DNA of 35,834 nt, taken from NCBI GenBank assembly GCA_902766575.1, contig CACXED010000087.1:1-35834 (forward strand), given 5' to 3'. Below are positions 17,660 through 26,413 of the stretch, one piece after another. The stretch comes from an uncultured Ruminococcus sp. GTDB taxonomy: Bacteria; Bacillota; Clostridia; Oscillospirales; CAG-272. Below the pieces are notes generated by a model. The model was given only the letters and a program-made list of their open reading frames with translations, was not told where the DNA came from and ran no database searches. The position numbers were made by a program, and so were the translations under genes. Positions within the stretch are counted from its first letter, which is position 1, and each line of letters begins with the position of its first letter.

Positions 17660-19144
17660 TTATTTCACGCTTTCCTCAAATTTCTGGATAGCGGCTATCG
17701 TGCTGTCCTTAGAGGACGCGAGCGTGGACGCGATGTTGTCGGTGTCGCTGTTGATCATCGTCTTGAGCGTGTTGGTGACGTCGCCGATATTGAACGCCAG
17801 TCCGACGTCGGTGGTCATTGCCGAGTTGAAGATGATGTCGAGCATCTCGGAGGACTCGTCGTCGCGGGCGACCTTGCCGTTGAGCGTCACGTCATAGTAA
17901 GCCTTGGTGATGGTGTCCTTGGAGACCGAGCCCATGTACTCGAGGATAGTTCCGGTGCGGTCAAGGTTCGTAGCGCTTGCGGTTATGATATAAGCGCCGA
18001 TGTTCCACGCCTGAACCGTCGTGTAGTAGCTGTCCTGCTCCTCGTCGTACTTGGGAAGCGGAAAGATACCGAAGTCGTCGTTCATATCGCGCAGACCGAC
18101 CACGTCTCCGAGAACCGTGATGCGGTAGAGCGCTCTGCCGTCGCGGAAGATATTGATGATATCCGTCCAGATATTCGACGAGCCGGTGATATCCTCGGCG
18201 CGGAGCTGAAGATCGTTGTTGCTGATGAATTTGCGGATAGCTTCGAGGACGTTGACATTCCGCTCGCTTTCAAGAGCATACTCGAGCGAGCCGTCCTTGG
18301 CGGTCGTTATGGTCGTGATCCCGGTGCTGGTGACAAGACCGATTCCGGCGGTCTTGCTCGAAAGCAGACCCCACTGATCTTCCTTATCGAGCTTGGAGTC
18401 GCCGTTGAGATCCTTTGTGATATCGCGGCAGTGAGATTCGAGCATCTCGAGCGTCCACTTTCCGTCGCGGACCATAGCGTAGGGCTCCTCAAGGTCGTAA
18501 TCCGCATAGAGCCGCTTGTTGAAGCAGAGCGCCCATGTGGCGTTCTTCCAGGAGTACGAGATATCTCCCATCAGGAAGTAGGGCTTGCCGTTGATTGCCG
18601 CCGATTCGATGAGATCGGTATTCCACCAGCTCTTTTCGACGTCGATATACGGGATTTCCGAGATCGGGACGAGATAATTGTTGATAATTCCGCTTGAAAT
18701 ATGGTCTGTATGATCAATAGCCGCGTCGTAATCATCGTCGCCGGCGAGCACGGATTTGCCGATAGAAAGTATGATATTGTCTCCTGTTTCGGGTATATAG
18801 GTGATTTTTACTCCGAGCTTTTCTTCGACCATACGGTTGCGGGCAAAAACGGCGTCGTTGAGAGTTTCTCCGGTTTCGCTTTCGACGGCGATCTCGTTAG
18901 CCTGAAGCATGGTAGATTCAGTTACGCCCATGACCCTGAATTCGTAGCCGTCGTATTTGACGTCGGGAATCTCGACCTTTTCAGCCGTGTCCTCGGTTAT
19001 CGGCGCCGAAGTTTCGGTTCCGCCGGAAGAAGTTGTTGTCTGCGTATCGCCACCGCTGGTGTCTCCGCAGGCAGCCGCGTTAAGCAGCACTGTCAGCAGT
19101 GCGAGTACTGATGCAGCGGCGCGCTTACCTAATTGGTTTTTCAT
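17660..19144 (-). CDS. extracellular solute-binding lipoprotein (ABC-transporter SBP, large LplA-like type)
   Basis: About 494 aa from ATG 19144 (GGTGGG SD 5 nt upstream); the track start 19159 is a TTG. The signal peptide ends NAAAC (lipobox-like). It is homologous over its full length to the SBP at 28431-29894 (shared KYDE.QDSYYT, ARD.(E/D)S.EMLDI.F). Confidence 0.85.
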   Translation of the reverse strand: MKNQLGKRAAASVLALLTVLLNAAACGDTSGGDTQTTTSSGGTETSAPITEDTAEKVEIPDVKYDGYEFRVMGVTESTMLQANEIAVESETGETLNDAVFARNRMVEEKLGVKITYIPETGDNIILSIGKSVLAGDDDYDAAIDHTDHISSGIINNYLVPISEIPYIDVEKSWWNTDLIESAAINGKPYFLMGDISYSWKNATWALCFNKRLYADYDLEEPYAMVRDGKWTLEMLESHCRDITKDLNGDSKLDKEDQWGLLSSKTAGIGLVTSTGITTITTAKDGSLEYALESERNVNVLEAIRKFISNNDLQLRAEDITGSSNIWTDIINIFRDGRALYRITVLGDVVGLRDMNDDFGIFPLPKYDEEQDSYYTTVQAWNIGAYIITASATNLDRTGTILEYMGSVSKDTITKAYYDVTLNGKVARDDESSEMLDIIFNSAMTTDVGLAFNIGDVTNTLKTMINSDTDNIASTLASSKDSTIAAIQKFEESVK

Positions 19145-19188
19145 GTTTTCCCACCTCAAAATTAAATTTACGGTTGAGCCGCACCTTA

Positions 19189-19217
19189 ATTATAGCATAA
19201 GTTTTGCCGCTTGTCAA
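19189..19217 (-). promoter_or_regulatory. consensus sigma-70 promoter for the SBP gene
   Basis: Minus strand reads exact TTGACA, a 17-nt spacer (ending TGc), then TATAAT. Confidence 0.7.
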
Positions 19218-19616
19218 TAGTCTCGTAACTATTTCTGGAACTATTTTTTTGAAAATTATCATAATTTTTTACACGGCAAGTTTTTTCTGATTTACTTCAG
19301 ATAAAAATCCCCGGCGGCAGCTCTGTCAGCCGGCGAGCTGATTATTCGGATGACTCGCCGACCGTGAGCAAGGGATATCGCCCCTCAGGAGATAGGGTCT
19401 GACGACGCCTTTGCGATATCTCCGGTTTCATCAATCGCGGCGTCGCCGAGAGTTTCGCCGGCGTCGCAGTTCATATGCGCCGTGGCGCAATGAAAAAATT
19501 TCGAAACTCTTGATAATATTTTGATATCAATAGAGTTCACAGTTCGTACATTCGGCGGTCACATACTCTTTATATGTAAAAAAATCAGTAAGTTCAAAAA
19601 AAATTCTGAATACCAC

Positions 19617-19645
19617 TTGATTTTTTCGACGAAATATATTACAAT
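19617..19645 (+). promoter_or_regulatory. sigma-70-like promoter for pfkA
   Basis: TTGATT, a 17-nt spacer, then TACAAT. Confidence 0.5.
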
Positions 19646-19706
19646 AATATGAGAAAGATAAAAACATCACAAACCCGAAATTTATTATTATAAAAGGATG
19701 ATAAAA

Positions 19707-20774
19707 ATGACAACATTCAGAAAAATTGGCGTTCTCACCTCCGGCGGAGACGCTCCCGGCATGAACAGCGCTATCCGCGCTATCACACGTTCGGCTCTCG
19801 CCCGCGGCGTTGAGGTCGTCGGTATCTACAAGGGCTATACGGGTCTCATATCGGGCGAGCTGCGCGATCTCACCGCGGCTGAGGTCGAGCACATCGGTTC
19901 TACCGGCGGCACTATGCTCTACTCCGACCGCTGCCCCGAGTTCAAGACCGAGGAGGGCATGGCAAAGGCTATCGAGACCTGCAAAAAGAACCATATAGAC
20001 GGCATCGTCGCGATAGGCGGCGACGGAACCTTCCGCGGAGCTACCGATCTCTCCATCAGAGGAATCCCCACTATCGGTCTCACCGGTACTATAGATAACG
20101 ATATCTCCTCCTCCGACTATACCCTCGGCTTCGACACCGCGATGAACACCGTACTCGCCGCCGCCGACAGACTCCGCGACACCTGCGAGTCCCACGCCCG
20201 CTGCGAGGTCATCGAGGTCATGGGACGCGACGCCGGATATATTGCGCTCCAGACCGGTCTCGCCGTCGGAGCTTCGGCTATCTTCGTCAAGGAATGTCCC
20301 CTTGAGGTCGAGACCTGCCTTGAAAGGCTGAAGGCTCTCCGCGCAAAGGGTCAGCGCAGCTTTATAGTCATCGTCTCCGAGAGCATGGGTCCCGATTTCG
20401 GCGAGGCTCTCGTCTCCCGTATCCAGAACGAGGCCGGCATCGACTCGAGATTCATCCGTCTCGCTCACATGGTGCGCGGCGGAGTGCCGACTCTCCGCGA
20501 CAGACTTTTCGCGGCCCGCACCGGAGACTTCGCGGTCGACCTCATCCTCAAAGGCGAGTCGAACCTCGTCGTCGTCGAGCAGGACGGCGCTCTCAAGACG
20601 GTCGAGATCAAATATGCGCTCATGCTCGACCGTATGTACAAGGGCAAGCTCAAGGACGGCGATCTCGATTCCTTCACGCCCGCTCAGGTTGAGGAAATGA
20701 AAGCGTTCTGCGCGAGAAAGCACGCCGAGTTCAACGACATGATGGACGTCGCCAACACCCTCGCAAAAGCCTGA
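19707..20774 (+). CDS. pfkA: ATP-dependent 6-phosphofructokinase
   Basis: IGVLTSGGDAPGMNSAIRA and GGDGT motifs. I chose ATG 19707, which lies 8 nt after AAAGGA. The track ATG at 19698 overlaps the SD. Confidence 0.95.
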   Translation: MTTFRKIGVLTSGGDAPGMNSAIRAITRSALARGVEVVGIYKGYTGLISGELRDLTAAEVEHIGSTGGTMLYSDRCPEFKTEEGMAKAIETCKKNHIDGIVAIGGDGTFRGATDLSIRGIPTIGLTGTIDNDISSSDYTLGFDTAMNTVLAAADRLRDTCESHARCEVIEVMGRDAGYIALQTGLAVGASAIFVKECPLEVETCLERLKALRAKGQRSFIVIVSESMGPDFGEALVSRIQNEAGIDSRFIRLAHMVRGGVPTLRDRLFAARTGDFAVDLILKGESNLVVVEQDGALKTVEIKYALMLDRMYKGKLKDGDLDSFTPAQVEEMKAFCARKHAEFNDMMDVANTLAKA

Positions 20775-20802
20775 AGCTCTCATTATATATAAACGCACAG
20801 CT

Positions 20803-20841
20803 CCGCCCGAAGCGCGATATCAGCCGCTCCGGGCGGTTTTT
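20803..20841 (+). terminator. terminator or attenuating hairpin after pfkA
   Basis: CCGCCCG (20803-20809) pairs with CGGGCGG (20830-20836), followed by TTTTT. The 20-nt loop makes it non-canonical, and the mtnN SD follows immediately. Confidence 0.45.
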
Positions 20842-20855
20842 GAAAGGAGACGCAT

Positions 20856-21548
20856 ATGACGATAGGCATACTCTGCGCCGGAGACGATGAGCTCGAGCCC
20901 TTTCTGTCTCATATCGAGGGGCGCGAAGAATCGAAAAAAGCGCTGCTCACGGTTCATTCGGGGAAGATCGGATCCGCCGACGTCCGGGCGCTGTATTCCG
21001 GCGTCTGCCGGGTGAACGCAGCCATAGCCGCTCAGGTGCTGATCGACAGCTTCGGAGCGGATATTATCATAAACTCGGGTACCGCGGGCGGAATCGACGG
21101 CTCGCTTGAGATATTTGATACGGTCGTCACGACAGAGTCGGCATATCACGACGTTTCACCGGATATACTCACGGATTTCCATCCATGGCTCGGGAGCGAA
21201 TTTTTCCGCTCTGATGAACGGCTTGTGGAGCTGTCGAAAATCGCGGCGAAAAAGCTGTCTCCCCGCCGGATATTCTGGGGAAGGACTATGACCGGCGAGA
21301 GCTTTATCACCGACAAAGGCAGGAAAGAGCTGATCGACCGGTATGCGCCGCTCAGCGTCGACATGGAGACGGCAGGCGTCGCTCAGGTCTGCCATGCTTT
21401 CGGAGTGCCGTTCATCTCAATAAGAACCATAACCGACACCGAAAAGCAGAGCGGCGCCGGAAATTTTGAGAAGAACTGCAAAACCGCGTCCGGGCTCTCC
21501 GCAGAGCTGACCCTCGCGCTTATATCGGAGCTTTGTGCGGACAAGTGA
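20856..21548 (+). CDS. mtnN: 5'-methylthioadenosine/S-adenosylhomocysteine nucleosidase
   Basis: 230 aa with the PNP_UDP_1-type motifs IINSGTAGG and SVDMETAGVAQVC. SD AAAGGAG is present. Confidence 0.88.
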   Translation: MTIGILCAGDDELEPFLSHIEGREESKKALLTVHSGKIGSADVRALYSGVCRVNAAIAAQVLIDSFGADIIINSGTAGGIDGSLEIFDTVVTTESAYHDVSPDILTDFHPWLGSEFFRSDERLVELSKIAAKKLSPRRIFWGRTMTGESFITDKGRKELIDRYAPLSVDMETAGVAQVCHAFGVPFISIRTITDTEKQSGAGNFEKNCKTASGLSAELTLALISELCADK

Positions 21549-21603
21549 CCGTCCTTTTTTGAAAACCTGCAAATTTTTTCGTATATGTCGCAAATTTTTT
21601 GGA

Positions 21604-21632
21604 TTGACATATTCTCCGGGAGGTAGTATAAT
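21604..21632 (+). promoter_or_regulatory. consensus sigma-70 promoter for the glutaminase-like gene
   Basis: Exact TTGACA (21604-21609), a 17-nt spacer, then TATAAT (21627-21632). Confidence 0.7.
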
Positions 21633-21671
21633 CATTATATAATCTCTCAAAAACGAAAGGAATATTCCGAT

Positions 21672-23561
21672 ATGATTCTTCGCGCACCCGCAGTACCGCT
21701 CATCACGGTCGACCCCTATTTCAGCGTCTGGTCGAACGCCGACCGCCTCACCGACGCAGACCCCGTCCACTGGACAGGCAAGCCCAACACTATCCGCGGA
21801 GTCGTCGAGATCGACGGCAAGGACTACCGCTTCATGGGAAACGGCAAGGACGAGCCGCTGACCCAGACAAATCTCGACATAACCACTCTCGCCACTGAAT
21901 ACACCTTTGAGGGAGCGGGAATCGAGCTCACCGCACGCTTCTTCACGCCGCTCTTTCCCGATGATCTTGAGATAATGACCCGCCCGGTCAGCTATCTTTG
22001 GCTCTCGGCAAAGCCGACCGACGGCGCGGAGCACTCGGTCAAGGTCAAAATCTTCGCTTCCGAGGAGCTCTGCCTTGACAAGAAGGGACAGCTCGCCGTC
22101 GAGGTCTAGACCGAGTCCTTTGACGGTATAAACGCAGTCAGGATCGGAAGCGTCGATCAGCCGGTACTCGGCAGAAGCGGCGACGATCTGAGAATCGACT
22201 GGGGCTACTTCTACCTCGCGGCAAAGGACGCCAAGGTCGGCTCGGTCAAGTGCGACGAGTGCGAAATGACCCTCGTGACCCTCGAAAAGACGCTCGACAG
22301 CGAAGCTCTCATCGCGTTTGCCTACGACGATATCTACTCGCTCAAATATTTCGGCGAGAACCTCAAGTCGGTCTGGAACAGCAGCGGCAAGACCATCGAA
22401 ACAGCTATAACCGAGGCTCTCGGAGACTACGATAAGCTCTACGAAAAGGCGGTCGCCTTTGACGATAAGCTCTATCTCGACGCGGTCAGAGCCGGCGGCG
22501 AAAAGTACGCCGAGCTGCTCCAGCTCGCGTTCCGTCAGGCGATCGCGGCTCACAAGGCGGCTCTCGACAAGGACGGCAAGCTGATCTTCGTCTCCAAGGA
22601 GTGCTTCTCCAACGGCTGCGCGGCTACGGTCGACGTCAGCTACCCGTCGATACCGATGTTCCTCATCTACAATCCCGAGCTCGTGCTCGGCATGATGCGC
22701 CCGATCTTCAAATACGCCGAGAGCGACGCGTGGAGCTTCGACTTCGCGCCCCACGACTGCGGACAGTATCCGCTCGTCAACGGTCAGGTCTACGGCGGCA
22801 ACGCGCTCAAGTATCAGATGCCGGTCGAGGAGTGCGGAAATATGCTCGTCATGATGGCTGCCTACTCGATCGCCAGCGGCGATTTCAGTTATGCCGAGAG
22901 CAAGCTCGACATTCTCAAGATGTGGACGACCTACCTCACCGAGAACGGCTCAGACCCGGCAAATCAGCTCTGCACCGACGACTTTGCCGGACACCTCGCG
23001 CACAACTGCAACCTCTCGCTCAAGGCTATTTCGGGAATCGCGGGAATGGCTATCATCTGCGACAAGCTCGGACTTAAAGAGGACTCGGCGCGCTACTTTG
23101 ACGAGGCGAGAAAGATCTCGATAAACTGGCTGCTCCGCGCTTCGAACGGCGACGGCAGCTACCGTCTCGCCTTTGACCGCAAGGGTACGTTCAGCATGAA
23201 GTACAATATCGTCTGGGACAAGCTGTTCGGCACCAAGCTGATGCCCGCCGACGTATTCGAAGGCGAGGTATGGTCAAACCGCAGATACTTCAAGCCCTAC
23301 GGTATGCCGCTCGACAACCGCGCCGACTACACAAAGTCCGACTGGCTCGTCTGGACGGCGACGCTCTGCAAATCGAAGGCTGATTTCGAGAGCTACGTCG
23401 CGCCGCTCTGGGAGGCTTACAACGCGATGCCCACCCGCGTGCCTATGACCGACTGGTACTTCACGACGACCTCGGCGATGCGCGGCTTCCAGCACCGCTC
23501 GGTAATCGGCGGTCTGTTCATCAAGCTGATGGAATACTACAGGACCGTAAAGGTTTATTGA
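21672..23561 (+). pseudogene. glutaminase-like DUF5127/DUF4965/DUF1793-type protein (putative glycoside hydrolase), one reading frame interrupted by a single in-frame TAG at 22107-22109
   Basis: Track ORFs 21672-22109 and 22266-23561 share a frame. The 52 codons between them are open and read TESFDGINAVRIGSVDQPVLGRSGDDLRIDWGYFYLAAKD. The N-terminus LRAPAVPLITVDPYFSVWS is typical of this family. Whether it is a true pseudogene is unresolved. Confidence 0.75.
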
Positions 23562-23567
23562 TCGAAA

Positions 23568-23597
23568 CTCCCCGCTCCGAGCGGGGAGTTTTCTTTG
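23568..23597 (+). terminator. rho-independent terminator after the glutaminase-like gene
   Basis: CTCCCCGCT-ccg-AGCGGGGAG (9-bp stem) followed by TTTTCTTT. Confidence 0.8.
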
Positions 23598-23632
23598 CAG
23601 AGCACTATATATCGAAAAAATCCGCGAGGGTG

Positions 23633-23662
23633 TTGACAGATTTTATAATATTATGATATAAT
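23633..23662 (+). promoter_or_regulatory. sigma-70 promoter for the SLH gene
   Basis: TTGACA, an 18-nt spacer ending TGa, then TATAAT. It is followed by the 8-bp 5' hairpin ATGAGCTT/AAGCTCAT (23667-23688). Confidence 0.6.
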
Positions 23663-23718
23663 TTTTATGAGCTTACACAAAAGCTCATATGCTCAAAAAA
23701 TTATAGAGGTGAAAATCA

Positions 23719-24483
23719 ATGAAAAAGCAGCTTCGTCTCTGCGCGGCTTATCTTTTGTCGTTTAGCATGGTATTCCCGGTTCTCGCCGCCGACGGCGACG
23801 CCGCGGAAAGCAGAGTCTCCGAGCCGGCTCCATTCTCCGATATCTCCGGTCACTGGGCTGAGGACGTCATTACGAGATGGCAGAGCTCGGGAATCGTCAA
23901 CGGCTATCCCGACGGCACCTTCAAGCCCGATAACCCGATCACCCGCGCCGAGCTTGCGAAAATTATCACTCTGGCGTTCGGACTTGAGGACAAGACCGAA
24001 TCGGCTCTTACCGATGTGGACCCCGGAGCGTGGTACTATGAGTATGTCCTGACGGCGATAGACTACATTCCCTCCTACAGCCCTCCGGACGCCAACGAGA
24101 TCACGAATGCCTATCGTTTTCTCGAAAAGGGGACCTTCCTGCCGGAAAATCATGTTCTGCGCTTTCACGCCGCGGAGACCTTCTCGCTTCTGAAAACCGT
24201 GCGCGACGGAACCGAGGTCGAAAAGCCGTCGATTCAGGATATTCATTATGAGCTCATCGGAGTCTATAAGGATGCCGAATTTTATAACCTCTACGCCACG
24301 ATGCACGGTATCCCTGAAAATGTAGTCAGATTCCAGACCTATCCGTGGCTCGCGTACAAGCTCGGGATCATGGAGGGCGCGCCCGGAGAGGACGGCAATT
24401 ATTTCCTCCCGTATAATTCTCTTACCAGAGCAGAGGTGCTGACGATCCTCGACCGTATTCTTGAGCCGGAAAATATTTCGTAA
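23719..24483 (+). CDS. secreted S-layer-homology (SLH) domain protein
   Basis: Signal peptide MKKQLRLCAAYLLSFSMVFPVLA, followed by the SLH repeat FSDISGHWAEDVITRWQSSGIVNGYPDGTFKPDNPITRAELAKII. There are two more degenerate SLH-like repeats (the last ends SLTRAEVLTILDRIL). No other domain is evident. Confidence 0.8.
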   Translation: MKKQLRLCAAYLLSFSMVFPVLAADGDAAESRVSEPAPFSDISGHWAEDVITRWQSSGIVNGYPDGTFKPDNPITRAELAKIITLAFGLEDKTESALTDVDPGAWYYEYVLTAIDYIPSYSPPDANEITNAYRFLEKGTFLPENHVLRFHAAETFSLLKTVRDGTEVEKPSIQDIHYELIGVYKDAEFYNLYATMHGIPENVVRFQTYPWLAYKLGIMEGAPGEDGNYFLPYNSLTRAEVLTILDRILEPENIS

Positions 24484-24488
24484 AACTA

Positions 24489-24517
24489 TTGCATTTTTAT
24501 CCGAAACAGTGTATAAT
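24489..24517 (+). promoter_or_regulatory. sigma-70-like promoter for the isomerase-phosphoesterase-isomerase genes
   Basis: TTGCAT, a 17-nt spacer, then TATAAT. Confidence 0.55.
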
Positions 24518-24561
24518 ATTCCTGTGAAAAATCTTATACCACAAATCAAAGGAGAAAAATC

Positions 24562-25296
24562 ATGGTATACGGACTTCAGATGTACAGCGTCCGCGACTTC
24601 GCGCAGAACGACCTGCTCGGCACGCTTAAAAAGGTCGCCGAGATCGGATACAGGGATATCGAGTTCGCCGGCTTCTTCGGCAACAGCGCCGAGGCTATCA
24701 GAGCTACTCTCGACGAGTGCGGTCTCGTCTGCAACGGAACTCACACCGGTATCGGCGAGCTTGACAACGACTTCGCCGCAGCCGTTAAGTTCCAGCACAC
24801 GATAGGCAGCACAAACTTCATAATCCCTCACGCCGACACCTCGACAAAGGAAGCGGTCGATATCCTCATCGAAAAGCTGAACAAGTATCAGCCGATGCTC
24901 GCCGCCGAGGGAATCAAGCTCGCGTTCCACAACCACAGCGGAGAATTTCTCCCGAACAAGGACGGTATTATCCCTCACGAGGAGATGCAGAAGCGCACGA
25001 ACATCGAGTTCGAGATCGACACCTGCTGGGCTTACGTCGCCGGACGCGATCCGGTCGAGGTCATCACCACTCTTAAGGACAGAGTTCACGTTATCCACTT
25101 AAAGGATATCATAAAGAACGCTGAGGGCAAGAACGAGGGACGCGCGCTCGGCGAGGGCTCGGCTCCGGTCGCCGCTGTCTACGCCCGCGCAAAGGAACTC
25201 GGCATGAGAATGGTCGTCGAGAGCGAAAACCTCAATCCCGACGGACTGTCCGAGGTCACCCGCTGCATGAACTATCTGCGCTCGCTCGAAAAATAA
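24562..25296 (+). CDS. sugar phosphate isomerase/epimerase (xylose-isomerase-like TIM barrel), copy 1
   Basis: 244 aa. The MxYGLQMYSVRD start, IEFAGFF, FHNH and IHLKD are motifs I associate with the AP_endonuc_2/TIM-barrel family. It is a paralogue of 26414-27136. Confidence 0.82.
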   Translation: MVYGLQMYSVRDFAQNDLLGTLKKVAEIGYRDIEFAGFFGNSAEAIRATLDECGLVCNGTHTGIGELDNDFAAAVKFQHTIGSTNFIIPHADTSTKEAVDILIEKLNKYQPMLAAEGIKLAFHNHSGEFLPNKDGIIPHEEMQKRTNIEFEIDTCWAYVAGRDPVEVITTLKDRVHVIHLKDIIKNAEGKNEGRALGEGSAPVAAVYARAKELGMRMVVESENLNPDGLSEVTRCMNYLRSLEK

Positions 25297-25322
25297 TCCG
25301 CGCGTCTGAGATATAGTGTGAT

Positions 25323-26336
25323 ATGAAAGACATCTCATACCTTACCGACGGCTATCAGGCGAAAATCGACGATATCAACCGGTTCGGAGCGCCGCTCAAT
25401 TTCGTTTTCATAACCGACCCGCACAACCGGATGAACGAGCATTCCGTAAAGCACAATTGCGTTCCGGGGCTGACCGAATACGAATATGCGGTCGATACGG
25501 TGCGGTCGATTCAATACATATTGGACAGATGCCCGGGTATCGGTATGGTAGTGAACGGCGGAGATATGGGCAACGACTATCACCGCGACCCAAAGGTAAT
25601 CCGCCAGACGCAAAAGGAATATATGGACGCCCTATATGAGCTGTCCGTACCGGTTCATTCCTGCGTGGGCAATCACGACAACGCGCTCGGAGCCTGCACC
25701 GACCGTGGCTGCGACAACCGGGAATATGTCATTCTTCCCGACGAGATGCATAAGCTCTGCATGAAATACAATCCCACCGAAAACAACTATTACTATATTG
25801 ACGTTGAAAACACGGACTACCGGTTTGTATTTTTAGACGTCAGCGACGGCGACTACAGGCAGGACAAAAACGGACAGTATCAGGGCTGGATGTACGCGGT
25901 TTCGGATAAGCAGGTCAAGTGGTTCAGAAACGAAGCTCTGAATACCGACAGAAATATAATAGTATTCTGTCACGGTCCGGTATGCAACGACGGCATATAC
26001 GGCTCGGAAAACTATCCTGTTGGAATCAAACCGTATTACGACCTGATAAACGGGCCGAGCATACATCACGCGATGAAAAGCGCGCCTAACGTCGTCTGTC
26101 ATATAGCGGGTCACGTCCACTATGACAATATGCTCTACGACTCCGGAATACTGACGGTAACAACTCAGTCCGCGTGCGCGTGGGCGTGGTGTCCGTCCTG
26201 CCCGGAAAGAAAGATAGGGACGATAACCGAAGCGGCGTTCGACGTCTTTTCGATCAAGGGCGATGTGGTAAAGATCACACGCTTCGGCGCAGGCTATGAC
26301 AGAATGGGCGCGCTCCCGAAATTAAAGAACAAATAA
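25323..26336 (+). CDS. calcineurin-like metallophosphoesterase
   Basis: 337 aa with the motifs FITDPH, GGDMGND, GNHDN and GHVH. No convincing SD is visible. Confidence 0.8.
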   Translation: MKDISYLTDGYQAKIDDINRFGAPLNFVFITDPHNRMNEHSVKHNCVPGLTEYEYAVDTVRSIQYILDRCPGIGMVVNGGDMGNDYHRDPKVIRQTQKEYMDALYELSVPVHSCVGNHDNALGACTDRGCDNREYVILPDEMHKLCMKYNPTENNYYYIDVENTDYRFVFLDVSDGDYRQDKNGQYQGWMYAVSDKQVKWFRNEALNTDRNIIVFCHGPVCNDGIYGSENYPVGIKPYYDLINGPSIHHAMKSAPNVVCHIAGHVHYDNMLYDSGILTVTTQSACAWAWCPSCPERKIGTITEAAFDVFSIKGDVVKITRFGAGYDRMGALPKLKNK

Positions 26337-26413
26337 AGTCAGAAAGCCGACAAAAGCCTGTACTAAGAGCTTTATGACCGGCTGTAAATATAAAATCATA
26401 AGGAGAAAAAATC

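Noticed and set aside
19385-19474. 29-codon minus-strand ORF (MNCDAGETLGDAAIDETGDIAKASSDPIS) as a real micro-protein gene.
   Set aside because: No SD and no convincing promoter; a GC hairpin immediately precedes the ATG. It is not annotated as a CDS and is mentioned only within the GC-island finding.
19527-20798. 423-aa minus-strand ORF covering pfkA. Related cases are 21417-22754 (445 aa, over the glutaminase-like gene) and 23716-25098 (460 aa, over the SLH and isomerase genes).
   Set aside because: These are antisense shadows of well-supported plus-strand genes. They run through promoters and terminators of the real genes and have no recognisable domains.
22107-22109. Pyrrolysine insertion at the amber codon.
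   Set aside because: There are no pyl genes or methylamine methyltransferase context in the window, and the gene family is unrelated to known Pyl proteins. It is left only as something a genome-wide search could exclude.
22101-22114. 10-bp palindrome GGTCTAGACC (22103-22112) centred on the in-frame TAG, considered as a possible recoding signal or restriction-related feature.
   Set aside because: Palindromes of this length are expected many times by chance in 36 kb, and no extended downstream stem-loop (PYLIS-like or readthrough-type) is evident.
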